This document shows, piece by piece, positions 30,020-39,851 of a DNA stretch of 64,000 nt. Each line of letters starts with the position of its first letter. The stretch's first letter is position 1. Both the position numbers and the translations under genes were made by a program. Under the pieces are notes generated by a model. It saw only the letters and a list, made by a program, of their open reading frames with translations, searched no databases and was not told where the DNA came from. Source of the stretch: Candidatus Poribacteria bacterium (GTDB taxonomy: Bacteria; Poribacteria; WGA-4E; UBA9662). The stretch covers positions 64,001-128,000 of the forward strand of contig JAYGDX010000027.1 of the NCBI GenBank assembly GCA_046582655.1, read 5' to 3'.

Positions 30020-31477
30020 ATGGCAATTAGAAGAAAACATTTTCGTTATCGTGATATAGATGAACTGCGAACTGAGATTGAAAAACTTGGTCTATCCATC
30101 TGTTTAGAGAATCAGATAGAGAAACTACTTGAGCCTGTCAGTGTCGGTCACAAAACCGCTGGTAATGCTTTCGGAATTCATCCAATGGAAGGTTGCGATT
30201 GTACTGCAGATGGCAGGCCTGGCGAATTAACCATACGGCGTTGGGAGCGGTTCGGAACTGGTGGTTCGAAGTTGATCTGGGGCGAAGCAACGGCTGTCCT
30301 CGATGAAGCCAAAGCAAATAGCCGACAGTTGCTAATCAGTAGGGATACGGTCGGCTCAATTGCATCAATGCTTGAGCTTACCCGAACAGTACATCGAAAT
30401 ACATTTGGTTCAAATGAAGAAATCATCGTTGGTATGCAGTTGACACACTCAGGGCGATACAGCTATCAGAAACCGATGATTGCATTTCGACATCCGGTCG
30501 TTGATCAAATCACCTTGCTCGATAAAAAGAAAAAAATTCCTATTCCCAACGATTATCCAGTTATAAGTGACGATTACCTAGAGCGGCTTGAGGATGTTTA
30601 TGTTGAGGCAGCTAAACTCGCATGGCAGATTGGGTTTGATTTCGTTGATCTAAAACAGTGTCACTCTTACCTGTTGAACGAGTTGTTGGCTGCAAAAACA
30701 CGTAAAGGTAAATATGGTGGTAGTTTTGAAAATCGAACTCGCTTTATTCGTAATGTAATTGGCAAGATCCAGGCTGAAATTGGGAATGATTTGATTCTCG
30801 CGAGTCGATTGAATGTCTATGATGGAGTTGCCTATATGCGGGATACTGATACGGGGATCGGTACGCCAAGTGAAATGCTTAAAATGTATCCTTATGGTTT
30901 TGGTGTTGATGAAGATGATCCTCCCAACTCGGATATGACCGAGCCAAAGAAATTGATCAGACTGCTGAAGGAACTTGGAATTGAACTAATCAATGTGTCA
31001 ATGGGTAGCCCCTACTATAATCCACATATCGGGCGTCCGTTTGAGAGGCCACCGATTGATGGTTATGAAACACCTGAACATCCGTTGATTGGGGTTGATC
31101 GTCATTTTCGGCTGACAAGACAGGTTCAGCAGGACAATCCAAATCTACCGATTGTTGGCACCGGCTATAGTTGGCTGCAAAATTATGTGGTCAATGCTGG
31201 AGAAGCTAATGTTCGGAATGGACATGTTAGCTTTGTCGCCGTTGGTCGAGGTGCTTTAGCTTACCCGGATTTTGCTAAAGATACGATTGAAAATGGTGGT
31301 ATGTTGAAGAAAAAATCCTGTGTTGCTGTTAGCTATTGCACTGCCCTTATGAGAGCGAAAGCAACCCCACTTGGTCAGTACCCTGCTGGTTGTGTACCTC
31401 GTGATAAGGTTTATGCCCCAATCTATAAGGAAGCGGAAAAAGCACTCACCAACAAAAATGAGACCCGCGCGAACTAG
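30020..31477 (+). CDS. NADH:flavin oxidoreductase (Old Yellow Enzyme family)
   Basis: HPMEGCD, GSKLIWGEATAV, QLTHSGRY, KQCHSYLLNELL and YGGSFENRTRF. Confidence 0.88.
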   Translation: MAIRRKHFRYRDIDELRTEIEKLGLSICLENQIEKLLEPVSVGHKTAGNAFGIHPMEGCDCTADGRPGELTIRRWERFGTGGSKLIWGEATAVLDEAKANSRQLLISRDTVGSIASMLELTRTVHRNTFGSNEEIIVGMQLTHSGRYSYQKPMIAFRHPVVDQITLLDKKKKIPIPNDYPVISDDYLERLEDVYVEAAKLAWQIGFDFVDLKQCHSYLLNELLAAKTRKGKYGGSFENRTRFIRNVIGKIQAEIGNDLILASRLNVYDGVAYMRDTDTGIGTPSEMLKMYPYGFGVDEDDPPNSDMTEPKKLIRLLKELGIELINVSMGSPYYNPHIGRPFERPPIDGYETPEHPLIGVDRHFRLTRQVQQDNPNLPIVGTGYSWLQNYVVNAGEANVRNGHVSFVAVGRGALAYPDFAKDTIENGGMLKKKSCVAVSYCTALMRAKATPLGQYPAGCVPRDKVYAPIYKEAEKALTNKNETRAN

Positions 31478-32543
31478 CCTGTTTCACGGATCAAATCAAC
31501 CATTTGAAATTTATCAATGTAAGATTGAACCATCCGATGTGGGCGAAGTACTTGTTAAAGTCAACCTTGCTGCTATTTGTGGATCTGACTTGCATACCTT
31601 TACCGGACGTCGAACGTCTCCTATTCCTTGTATCCTTGGGCATGAGGCTGTTGGTCAAGTAGCGGAATCGACTGACGTCACCGACTTTAACGGAAACACT
31701 CTGAATGAAGGAGATCGAATAACGTGGAGTATCGTGTCCTCTTGTGGGACTTGTCTAAATTGCACAAGCTATCAGCTGCCGCAGAAGTGTGAAACGCTCT
31801 CAAAATATGGTCATGCTCAGAGGTCTCTCCCACGTGACCTGAATGGTGGATTTGCCCAATATATCCGTTTGCAACCAGGCACAGCCATTTTCCGGCTACC
31901 AGATTCTATGGCAGATAGTGAATCGGTCTCACTCAATTGTGCTCTTTCAACGGTCATAGCTGGGTTAAATGTAATCGATATTGGTGATAGCGTTGTGATT
32001 CAGGGATGTGGGATGCTGGGGATCTATGCAACTAGTCTTTTAAGATATTATGGATGCGGTGTTGTCGCGGTCGTCGATGTTAGGTCAGATCGCCTAAAAA
32101 TGGCCAAGAATTTTGGGGCGACCCACACTTTTAATCTAACAGAGGTGTCCCCTGACCAAATTAATGATGAGTTGCTCGCTTTGACTAATCAGTATGGTGT
32201 TGATTTGGTTGTTGAGGTCAGCGGTGTTGCTTCAGCGTTTACAGATAGTCTAGATTGGTTGCGAATTGGCGGTTATTATCTGACACTTGGGTATGTCTAT
32301 CCTGAGGCAGTGACGATAGTTCCAATGGATAAAATTGTACGTAAGTGCCTAACAATCCACGGCTCTCATAACTATCACCCGCGTTTCCTTGGGGATGCCA
32401 TTGAGTTTGTGCAGGAAACTCGGCATCAATACTCTTTTAACCTCCTTATCGGTAATACCTATCCTTTAGCCGAAATAGATCAAGCCTTTCAAGAAGCCAT
32501 AAAAGGCAACCAGATTCGGATCGGTCTGAATCCGTGGGAGTGA
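31458..32543 (+). CDS. Zinc-binding alcohol dehydrogenase (MDR family)
   Basis: ICGSDLH, GHE, C..C..C.......C and GCGMLG. Likely ATG at 31458. Confidence 0.88.
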   Translation: MRPARTSLFHGSNQPFEIYQCKIEPSDVGEVLVKVNLAAICGSDLHTFTGRRTSPIPCILGHEAVGQVAESTDVTDFNGNTLNEGDRITWSIVSSCGTCLNCTSYQLPQKCETLSKYGHAQRSLPRDLNGGFAQYIRLQPGTAIFRLPDSMADSESVSLNCALSTVIAGLNVIDIGDSVVIQGCGMLGIYATSLLRYYGCGVVAVVDVRSDRLKMAKNFGATHTFNLTEVSPDQINDELLALTNQYGVDLVVEVSGVASAFTDSLDWLRIGGYYLTLGYVYPEAVTIVPMDKIVRKCLTIHGSHNYHPRFLGDAIEFVQETRHQYSFNLLIGNTYPLAEIDQAFQEAIKGNQIRIGLNPWE

Positions 32544-32622
32544 AGTCTGGCTAAGATCTCATGCAGGTAGATACGTGCTTACTCTCTGCCTACCATTAAA
32601 CTGATGCTTGAAATTGATTTTA

Positions 32623-32651
32623 TGGACAAAGCGGAGTTGCTATGCTATCAT
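32623..32651 (+). promoter_or_regulatory. Putative promoter of the coiled-coil gene and rpsT
   Basis: TGGACA-17 bp-TATCAT with an extended TG. Confidence 0.4.
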
Positions 32652-32709
32652 TATTGGCTAATTGCTGATGGTAAGGGATTTTTGTTGGCTAGATTATTAG
32701 GAGTTCCCA

Positions 32710-33771
32710 ATGAATGATCCAGTGCAGAGCATCACCAGCCAAGTTGAGGTTATATACGAAAAAACACTGTCTGAGATAGAGCGTGAAGAAACCGATCTCA
32801 GGGAGCAGATCAATCGCCTTGAGAAAAAACGCAATATTCTCGGGAAAAAGCGTGATCATGTTCATCAACTTCGTAGCCTAGTTGAAAACTTAACTCAAGC
32901 TATTGCTGAAGCTGAAGAGATTTGTGAACAGGAGGAAGAAAGAAAGGCTGACTTAGATGTTCGCATTGAGGAGGTGTCCGTCAATCTGCAACGCTTGCAA
33001 GCGGAGGTAAAGCAGGCCGAAACAGATCATAATCAGGCTAATAAAAGCAAGATTGAAAAATACCGTACTCTCTCCAAGATTGTTGAAAGATTTGGTGATA
33101 TTAAAGGCCGGCTTCCTGATTCTGTTTTAGCAGGGTTGGAAGATGCAGCATGTGACGACACAGAGAGCTTTGAAACCACGTTACCGCAACGTCAGAAACC
33201 ACAGAAGCCGGTGCAGGGCAACATTGAGTCACTTGGCATTACTGATCTAGACCTTGATGAGGCATTGGATGTATATGAAGAGGATGTGATTGGTGACGAT
33301 GATACAATCCTTGAAAATGATACAAGCACTCGCAATTTGCAACCGGGGTTGGAAGATAGTATTATGGGATATGATGAGGATTTGGAAGATGATCCAGAGT
33401 TCGATGAGTTTGAGGCAGAGTTAGCTGGAAGTGAAAGCGAAGACTTGTCGCTTGACGATGATGAATATAATTTTGTGGATGATGAGGAAAGGGAAAACTT
33501 TATTGATCTCATGCGAGAAGACGATTCTACTCCGTCCCTTCAGGATATTCAGGAAAAACCCAAGCGTGTTGCTTCTAGTGAAGAGATGAGGCTTCGTGAG
33601 GCTATTGCCCCAGCCCAACAGGGTGATGATTCGGAACCAGAAACAGAGAGAACCGAGGTTCTTTCAATGAACCCGAATGGTGGAGAAGATGGAGAAGTGG
33701 GTGAAGATGAGCTGTCAGAAGAAACTTCAGAAAAGACTTTAGAAGAAACGGAAAATAGCAAATCCGAATAA
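32710..33771 (+). CDS. Uncharacterised protein: N-terminal coiled coil and a long acidic disordered tail
   Basis: 353-aa ORF with an AGGAG RBS. The first ~130 aa are heptad-rich and the remainder is D/E-rich. Confidence 0.8.
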   Translation: MNDPVQSITSQVEVIYEKTLSEIEREETDLREQINRLEKKRNILGKKRDHVHQLRSLVENLTQAIAEAEEICEQEEERKADLDVRIEEVSVNLQRLQAEVKQAETDHNQANKSKIEKYRTLSKIVERFGDIKGRLPDSVLAGLEDAACDDTESFETTLPQRQKPQKPVQGNIESLGITDLDLDEALDVYEEDVIGDDDTILENDTSTRNLQPGLEDSIMGYDEDLEDDPEFDEFEAELAGSESEDLSLDDDEYNFVDDEERENFIDLMREDDSTPSLQDIQEKPKRVASSEEMRLREAIAPAQQGDDSEPETERTEVLSMNPNGGEDGEVGEDELSEETSEKTLEETENSKSE

Positions 33772-33808
33772 ATAGTTATACATAATCAAAGGAGGATTTA
33801 CCTAATAG

Positions 33809-34078
33809 ATGGCACATAGATCTTCAGCTTTCAAGCACATTCGTGCAGATAAACGAAAAAGAGATGTAAGTTTCAGACGAAAATCTGCTATTAGAACTGC
33901 CGTCAAAAAAACCAGAGTAGCAATTGAAGCAGGAAATGTTGAAGAAGCAGAATCCCTTTATCGTAGCGCAGCAGGCCTGCTCGATAGGGCAGCGAGTAAA
34001 GGTGTGATCAAAAAGGGAACTGCCAATAGGAGGAAATCTCACCTAGCAAAAAATCTTCACCTAGTAGCAAATCGCTAG
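33809..34078 (+). CDS. rpsT: 30S ribosomal protein S20
   Basis: MAHRSSAFKHIR...KSAIRTAVKK...LDRAASKGVIKKGTANRRKS. Confidence 0.95.
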   Translation: MAHRSSAFKHIRADKRKRDVSFRRKSAIRTAVKKTRVAIEAGNVEEAESLYRSAAGLLDRAASKGVIKKGTANRRKSHLAKNLHLVANR

Positions 34079-34120
34079 TTAAAATAAAATTTCTACTAGC
34101 TTGTGAAGCAACCTTGTTAT

Positions 34121-35437
34121 TTAAGCTTTCAATATTCTTCCCCGAAAGACTTCCCCAACAGGCGGTTCTAAGGTGATTGACAGAATTTGATTAATCGCTG
34201 AATCCGGGACATCGGCGGCGACCCGCAGATAATTTCCGCTGAACCCAGTTAGCAGATTGTCTTTATCTTCCCTACGATTTTCAACTAATACATCCATCGT
34301 TTTACCAATCATCCGTTTCCGAAATGCCACGCTGAGTTTATTGCCGAGATCAATCATCCATCTGCTGCGTTCAGCGGAGACTTGGGGCTGAACCTGATTT
34401 GGATAGTCTGCGGCCGGTGTATTCCGGCGTGGTGAATACCGAAACACATGCAGTTGGCTGAAACTCATTTCTTCTACAAAAGATGAGGAATCTTCAAAAT
34501 CCTGATCTGTCTCTCCTGGGAATCCAACCATAATATCTGTTGTGATTCCAACGTCTGGAAACAGAGATTTCAGTTTTTCAACAAGTCCAGCATATTCTTC
34601 AGTTGTGTATCGACGACGCATTCGCATCAAAGTTTGATCCGATCCTGCCTGTAAGGGAAGGTGAAAATGTGGTTGGCATTTTGGCAATTCTGCCATGCAG
34701 ACAGCCAAGTTCTGCGGGAAATTCATCGGTTCAATTGAACTAAACCGGATTCGTTCGATGCCGTCAATTGAATGAACCTGTTCAAGAACGTCTGTCAGTG
34801 AATGTTTTTTCCCAATATCAAACCCATAAGATGCTAAGTGAACACCAGTAATAACAATTTCCTTACAATTAGTGGCAGCAATTCTCCCAACTTCTTCCAC
34901 AATATCCTTCAGCGGTCGACTTGTCATTCGACCACGAACGTACGGAATAATACAATACGTGCAAAATGCGCTGCACCCATCCTGTATTTTCACAATAGCA
35001 CGTGTCCGGTTACCAGAACTGCTTATGCCCATACTAAAGTTGGCGTGTTCTCGTACTGCATCGTGGATGACTGGTTCAATTTGTAATAATTCTTGATTTG
35101 TGACTGTATCTAAATAACGTTGGAAGTCTGCTTTTTCACGGTTGCCAAACACTAATGATACGCCTGGAATCGTTTCTATGGATTGACGGTCGCTCTCCGC
35201 ATAACATCCAGTAACAATTATCTTTGCTTTTGGGTTTTTACGGATGATTCGCCGGATTACTTGACGTGCTTTCTGATCGGCAGAATTTGTTACCGTACAG
35301 GTATTAACGACGCAAATGTCTGCATCCTTGTCTAGGTCAACAATTTCATAACCATTACGTACCATCGTATCATAGATTGTGTTTGAGTCGTATTGGTTGA
35401 CTTTACAACCAAACGTGAGAATAGATGCTGTCGGCAT
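34121..35437 (-). CDS. mtaB: tRNA t6A37 methylthiotransferase MtaB
   Basis: TFGCKVNQYDS, NTCTVT, TGCYA, KIQDGCSAFCTYCIIP and a TRAM domain. Follows rsmE. Confidence 0.93.
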   Translation of the reverse strand: MPTASILTFGCKVNQYDSNTIYDTMVRNGYEIVDLDKDADICVVNTCTVTNSADQKARQVIRRIIRKNPKAKIIVTGCYAESDRQSIETIPGVSLVFGNREKADFQRYLDTVTNQELLQIEPVIHDAVREHANFSMGISSSGNRTRAIVKIQDGCSAFCTYCIIPYVRGRMTSRPLKDIVEEVGRIAATNCKEIVITGVHLASYGFDIGKKHSLTDVLEQVHSIDGIERIRFSSIEPMNFPQNLAVCMAELPKCQPHFHLPLQAGSDQTLMRMRRRYTTEEYAGLVEKLKSLFPDVGITTDIMVGFPGETDQDFEDSSSFVEEMSFSQLHVFRYSPRRNTPAADYPNQVQPQVSAERSRWMIDLGNKLSVAFRKRMIGKTMDVLVENRREDKDNLLTGFSGNYLRVAADVPDSAINQILSITLEPPVGEVFRGRILKA

Positions 35438-35438
35438 T

Positions 35439-36182
35439 TTAGTTGCCTTCTCCTGTTCTGAGTTCGTAGACAACTAAAGCTGCTGCCACGATTGCTGCTG
35501 TTTCCGTACGAAGAATATTAGTACCTAGAGATACTGGAACGCAGTTTTCAGCCAGCGCAGCCTCATTTTCCTGATTGGTGAACCCTCCCTCTGGTCCAAC
35601 CAAGACAGCTACTGAATCCAATGAACCGAAACCGCGCAGGACAGATTGTATTGACCTTACTTTCTCATTTTCGTAAAGTATGATTGCTTCATCAAAGCCT
35701 CCGACCGATAGTAAGCACTCTGTGAAACTCTGGATTTGAAGTATTTTAGGAAATCTTAATCTGCGACACTGCTTGGTGGCTTCATTTGCGATTCGTTGCC
35801 AGCGAGTATTCTTCTGTATATGGGTTGAAGGTTTCAAGTTGATGATAGATCTATCTGTGACCATCGGAACAATCTGGTCAACGCCAATTTCTGCTGTCTT
35901 TTGCATAACAAGACCCATTTTGCTAGGTTTGATTAGTGCTTGAAAGAGAGTGACGCTTGGCGAACTTGGAGGATTAAACCCTTGATTGATAATCTCAGCA
36001 GAGATTTTGTTTTCATCAACATATTGAAGTGTGGCAATGTAATAATTGCCATTATCATCAAGAAACCGTACCTGGTCTCCTTGCTGCATCCGTAAAACTG
36101 TGGTGATGTGTTTTTGTTCCGAAGCACTACATCGAATTTTATTGCCATCAATTTGATCTGACGAAATTATGAAATTACGCAC
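35439..36182 (-). CDS. rsmE: 16S rRNA m3U1498 methyltransferase RsmE
   Basis: HITTVLRM, EATKQC, VGPEGGF and LGTNILRTETA. Confidence 0.95.
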   Translation of the reverse strand: MRNFIISSDQIDGNKIRCSASEQKHITTVLRMQQGDQVRFLDDNGNYYIATLQYVDENKISAEIINQGFNPPSSPSVTLFQALIKPSKMGLVMQKTAEIGVDQIVPMVTDRSIINLKPSTHIQKNTRWQRIANEATKQCRRLRFPKILQIQSFTECLLSVGGFDEAIILYENEKVRSIQSVLRGFGSLDSVAVLVGPEGGFTNQENEAALAENCVPVSLGTNILRTETAAIVAAALVVYELRTGEGN

Positions 36183-36193
36183 TCTATCTGTCC

Positions 36194-36847
36194 TTAATGA
36201 CGAAGTTGATTCATGGCGTCAGCATAGTTACTTTGCTTGAAGACCGCTGTGCCAGCAACCAATATCGTCGCGCCCCGTTCAATGACGAGCGGGGCCGTTT
36301 TCTCATTAATACCACCATCCACCTCCAAATCAATAGGCTTGCCAATTTCCTTAATTTTTTGATCAACATAGCTGATTTTGTCGAGGGTGTCCGGTATGAA
36401 CTTCTGACCGCCAAAACCGGGTTCAACGCTCATTAGGAGAACTAGATCTAAGTCTGGAAGATATGGATCAATCACTGAAATTGGGGTTTGAGGGCGAGTA
36501 GCCAAACCCACTTGTACATTGAATGACTTTATTTTTTCAATCACAACATCAATCGGGGCAGTCACAATCTCAGTGTGAATGGTAATTAGGTCTGCTCCTG
36601 CGTTAACAAACGATTCGATATAGTCCTGAGGGTGTGTCATCATCAGATGCACATCAAAAGGAAGTTCAGTGTGTCGACGGATTGACTTCACGAGTTCTGC
36701 TCCCATAGTCAAATTCGGCACAAAATGCCCATCCATTATGTCAAAATGGATCAGGTCAGCACCTGATTCCTCCACTTTCTGTACATCCTCTCCTAGTTGG
36801 CTGAAATCTGCTGCAAGTATGGAGGGGGCAATCTTTACTTTCTTCAT
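36194..36847 (-). CDS. rpe: Ribulose-phosphate 3-epimerase
   Basis: IAPSILAADF, HFDIMDGHFVPN, MSVEPGFGGQ and EVDGG. Confidence 0.96.
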   Translation of the reverse strand: MKKVKIAPSILAADFSQLGEDVQKVEESGADLIHFDIMDGHFVPNLTMGAELVKSIRRHTELPFDVHLMMTHPQDYIESFVNAGADLITIHTEIVTAPIDVVIEKIKSFNVQVGLATRPQTPISVIDPYLPDLDLVLLMSVEPGFGGQKFIPDTLDKISYVDQKIKEIGKPIDLEVDGGINEKTAPLVIERGATILVAGTAVFKQSNYADAMNQLRH

Positions 36848-37842
36848 TGAATCTCTTGATGTTTGACAAGCTGACCATCTTCGTATATTGAGATACGGGC
36901 GTTACCAGAAATTTTATATGGTTTACGGATTTTCATGCTGGATTCGTAATAAGTATCAACAACTTTCCTTTTGCCAAGCCCATCTTCGATATAGATTTTC
37001 AGGTGCTTGGGTTGGTTATCAACGATGATAATATCATATCGAATCACATAAAAATGTCCTCTTTTATTTTGGCTTCTATGTGAGCCACTGACTTCAAGAT
37101 TAATCTGTTGCCCAACGTGGATCAACGTTCCCATAGCTGGTTGATGATTGACAATTTGTCCATGCGGAATTTCAGGATGAAGAACATAATCTACTGACTG
37201 AATTTTGAATCCATGAGATTTGAGAATTGAGCGCACGTCATTCACTAGCATTCCCTGTAGATCTGGCATTTCAAATGCCTGAGGCCGAACACCTAGACTC
37301 AAAAGTAGGCTGACAGCTCCCGACCTTTGGAGTGCTGTGTCTGCAGGTGGGGTCTGGGCGATGACTGTGTTTTCCTTTGGATGTTGGTTTGAATAAACGG
37401 TGGCAACATACCCACGTCGGAATTGAGATTCTTGAAGAATTTTTTCGGCGGCTTGAATGTCCTTACCAGTCATGTTTGGTACACTATTCATCTCACTTCC
37501 AGTGCTTAGCACGATTCGAATCGGTTTTGACCGTTTTACTCTTGTTTTTGACAGTGGGTTTTGAGCCATAACAATGCCTTTAGCATAGACGGCTTTTTGG
37601 GTGTTTGGATTGACTGGGCTTGGTTTTTCCTCAATTTGGTCGTCCAGTGTTAAACCTATCCCTATGACCGTAGAGGCAGCATTTTGATATGTCTCACCAA
37701 TGAGTGAAGGGATGGTAACATCCTCAGTCTGGATCCATTCTGGGATTAGCCAAAAAACAACAAAGAAACCAACACAGTTGATGGTGACAAAGAAAGAAAA
37801 ATAAATTTTGAAAATCGAATTGAGTATATTATAAATCATCAC
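36844..37842 (-). CDS. Membrane-anchored protein with three PASTA domains (no kinase domain)
   Basis: N-terminal TM, then three repeats of the form (I/V/M)P.L.G...V.AQ.P...V.L..S.G. Confidence 0.85.
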   Translation of the reverse strand: MMIYNILNSIFKIYFSFFVTINCVGFFVVFWLIPEWIQTEDVTIPSLIGETYQNAASTVIGIGLTLDDQIEEKPSPVNPNTQKAVYAKGIVMAQNPLSKTRVKRSKPIRIVLSTGSEMNSVPNMTGKDIQAAEKILQESQFRRGYVATVYSNQHPKENTVIAQTPPADTALQRSGAVSLLLSLGVRPQAFEMPDLQGMLVNDVRSILKSHGFKIQSVDYVLHPEIPHGQIVNHQPAMGTLIHVGQQINLEVSGSHRSQNKRGHFYVIRYDIIIVDNQPKHLKIYIEDGLGKRKVVDTYYESSMKIRKPYKISGNARISIYEDGQLVKHQEIQ

Positions 37843-38797
37843 TTTTTTGAGTTGAGGAAATAAATCGATTTCCTGTTTTTATACGATATCCATTGACAAA
37901 GTCATGAGCAGACATTTCTTTCTTGGTTGCTGGCTGCACGCGATTCAGGATCAACTTACCCTGAGCAGTATGCACCGCTATTTGTTTATCCTTACTGATT
38001 TCAACCGTTCCTGGCGGGAAAGTTGCGTCACTGTTGAGGGACATGAGGGAACATGAAAGGATCTTAATATGCAAATTATCCTGCAACAAGTATGTGTGGG
38101 CTTGTGGCCAGATTGCAGTTCCTCGTACAAGGTTTCGAATCTCAACCGCAGATTTATTCCAGTTGATGTTGCCAAGTTCTTTAGTCAGTTGTGGAGCATA
38201 CGTCGTCTGCGAATCATCCTGCGGTTGATTCACAGGTAGTTGATCTATTGACTTTCGTAGGGCACGGATCAACAGTTTCGGTGCTAGATTTCCCAGTTGT
38301 TGATACAATACCATTGCATCGGTTTCCGAATCAATTGTGGTGCGCTCCTGTAAGACAATGTCGCCAGTATCCTCTCCTTCATCAAGCAACATAATTGTAA
38401 CCCCTGTTTCTGTTTCTCCGTTTATCAGCGCCCATTGAATTGGCGCCGCACCCCGGTACTTGGGTAGGAGCGACGGGTGGACATTGAGGCAACCGGATGG
38501 AGGAATATCAAGTATGGATCTTGGTAGAATTTGCCCAAAGGCGACGACAACAATTACATCTGGTTTAAGCCGTTTTAGCTGGCTAACTGTGGATTTTGCT
38601 CGTACTTTCTCGGGTTGGAAAATGTTCAGTTTATTCCTTTCAGCCGCCAGCTTGACAGGGGGCGCCTTTAGTTTCTTTCCTCTGCCGCTCGGTCGATCTG
38701 GTTGTGTTATCACTCCGACAATATCGAATTTGTCTCTGATTAATTTTTCAAGACTTGGAACAGCAAAATCACTGGTCCCCATGAACAAAACACGCAT
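37829..38797 (-). CDS. fmt: Methionyl-tRNA formyltransferase
   Basis: MRVLFMGTSDFA, TQPDRPSGRG and NVHPSLLPKYRGAAPIQ. Confidence 0.96.
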   Translation of the reverse strand: MRVLFMGTSDFAVPSLEKLIRDKFDIVGVITQPDRPSGRGKKLKAPPVKLAAERNKLNIFQPEKVRAKSTVSQLKRLKPDVIVVVAFGQILPRSILDIPPSGCLNVHPSLLPKYRGAAPIQWALINGETETGVTIMLLDEGEDTGDIVLQERTTIDSETDAMVLYQQLGNLAPKLLIRALRKSIDQLPVNQPQDDSQTTYAPQLTKELGNINWNKSAVEIRNLVRGTAIWPQAHTYLLQDNLHIKILSCSLMSLNSDATFPPGTVEISKDKQIAVHTAQGKLILNRVQPATKKEMSAHDFVNGYRIKTGNRFISSTQKSDDL

Positions 38798-38870
38798 GAA
38801 AGTACCTTTGGGAATTCCAAATGAATGCTGGTTTTCTGACAATTAGCCAGCAGGTTGTAATTAAATTCTA

Positions 38871-39359
38871 TTAGAATTGAATACCGACAAGCCTTATGGT
38901 TGTGTTGTTAGGTAGGCTGACGTTCGGTTCTATTGGCCTACGCTTGGGAAGACTTTCTTGTGGAATCAATGGTTCGGACCGATCTTTACCGCGCGTTATG
39001 TACCAATCTCGTATTCCAATGAAGAGTGAAAAGCAAGCCGTGCATATGCCGATGACACGAAAATTCTGATCGGAGAGTTTGGGAGAAAACTTATTTTGGT
39101 GTATCATTTCAATTCCGCGAACCATGAAAAAGCTGTGAACTGCGGTGAATGGAAGAGAACTAAGCGTAATAATCTCGAAACGACGCAACGCACTTTCATC
39201 ATATTCGTTTAGTTCTTCTGACTCTTCTTGACGAGTCTCTGTTTCTTCATCAATTTCCGGGATTTCTGTTATGGACTGTGAAAAAATACTGTTGTTACAG
39301 GTAATGACTAGTGTCAAGAAGATCAGGAATTCGAATTTAATTTTTGATCGTTTCTTCAA
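38871..39359 (-). CDS. Hypothetical membrane protein
   Basis: Signal-like N-terminus and two hydrophobic segments (LRRFEIITLSSLPFT...). Overlaps the end of lspA. Confidence 0.65.
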   Translation of the reverse strand: MKKRSKIKFEFLIFLTLVITCNNSIFSQSITEIPEIDEETETRQEESEELNEYDESALRRFEIITLSSLPFTAVHSFFMVRGIEMIHQNKFSPKLSDQNFRVIGICTACFSLFIGIRDWYITRGKDRSEPLIPQESLPKRRPIEPNVSLPNNTTIRLVGIQF

Positions 39360-39837
39360 AATTCAATTTTCGGTTTCGTATTGTGTAGATGATAAGCATA
39401 CCCGCTCCAATACAAATTGCCGTATCTGCGGTGTTAAAAGTTGGCCACTTGTACTTAGGTAATATTCCAAATTGAAGGAAATCGATTACCTCACCATACT
39501 GGATGCGATCGATCAAATTGCCGATTGCGCCACCTAAAATAAACCCAAGTCCAACCCGCATCCAGAGACTATGCCGGAATTGAAAATAATAATACGCAAT
39601 GAAAAGCATTGCTAAAATTGTGGCAGCGATTAGCAAGGTACGTTGTCCCTGCATTAGACTAAAAGCCGCGCCACTGTTGCGATCATGGCGAAGATTAAAG
39701 AATCCTTCAATAACAACAATTTGGTCGTAATAATCAATACGTTGTTTGATGATTGTTTTGGTGAGTTGATCAAGACAGATAATGAGAATTGAGATTCCAA
39801 ACAACGGAATAATAGGACGAAAGTAATTCTTTTCCAT
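39337..39837 (-). CDS. lspA: Lipoprotein signal peptidase II
   Basis: DQLTK, NSGAAFS, GGAIGNLIDR, VIDF and FNTAD. Confidence 0.96.
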   Translation of the reverse strand: MEKNYFRPIIPLFGISILIICLDQLTKTIIKQRIDYYDQIVVIEGFFNLRHDRNSGAAFSLMQGQRTLLIAATILAMLFIAYYYFQFRHSLWMRVGLGFILGGAIGNLIDRIQYGEVIDFLQFGILPKYKWPTFNTADTAICIGAGMLIIYTIRNRKLNFEETIKN

Positions 39838-39851
39838 TTGTTAATTACTGT

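Noticed and set aside
33192..33761. Ser-rich antisense ORFs
   Set aside because: These are shadow frames of the acidic GAA/GAT-rich gene on the plus strand. Most other short overlapping ORFs in the track were dismissed for the same reason.
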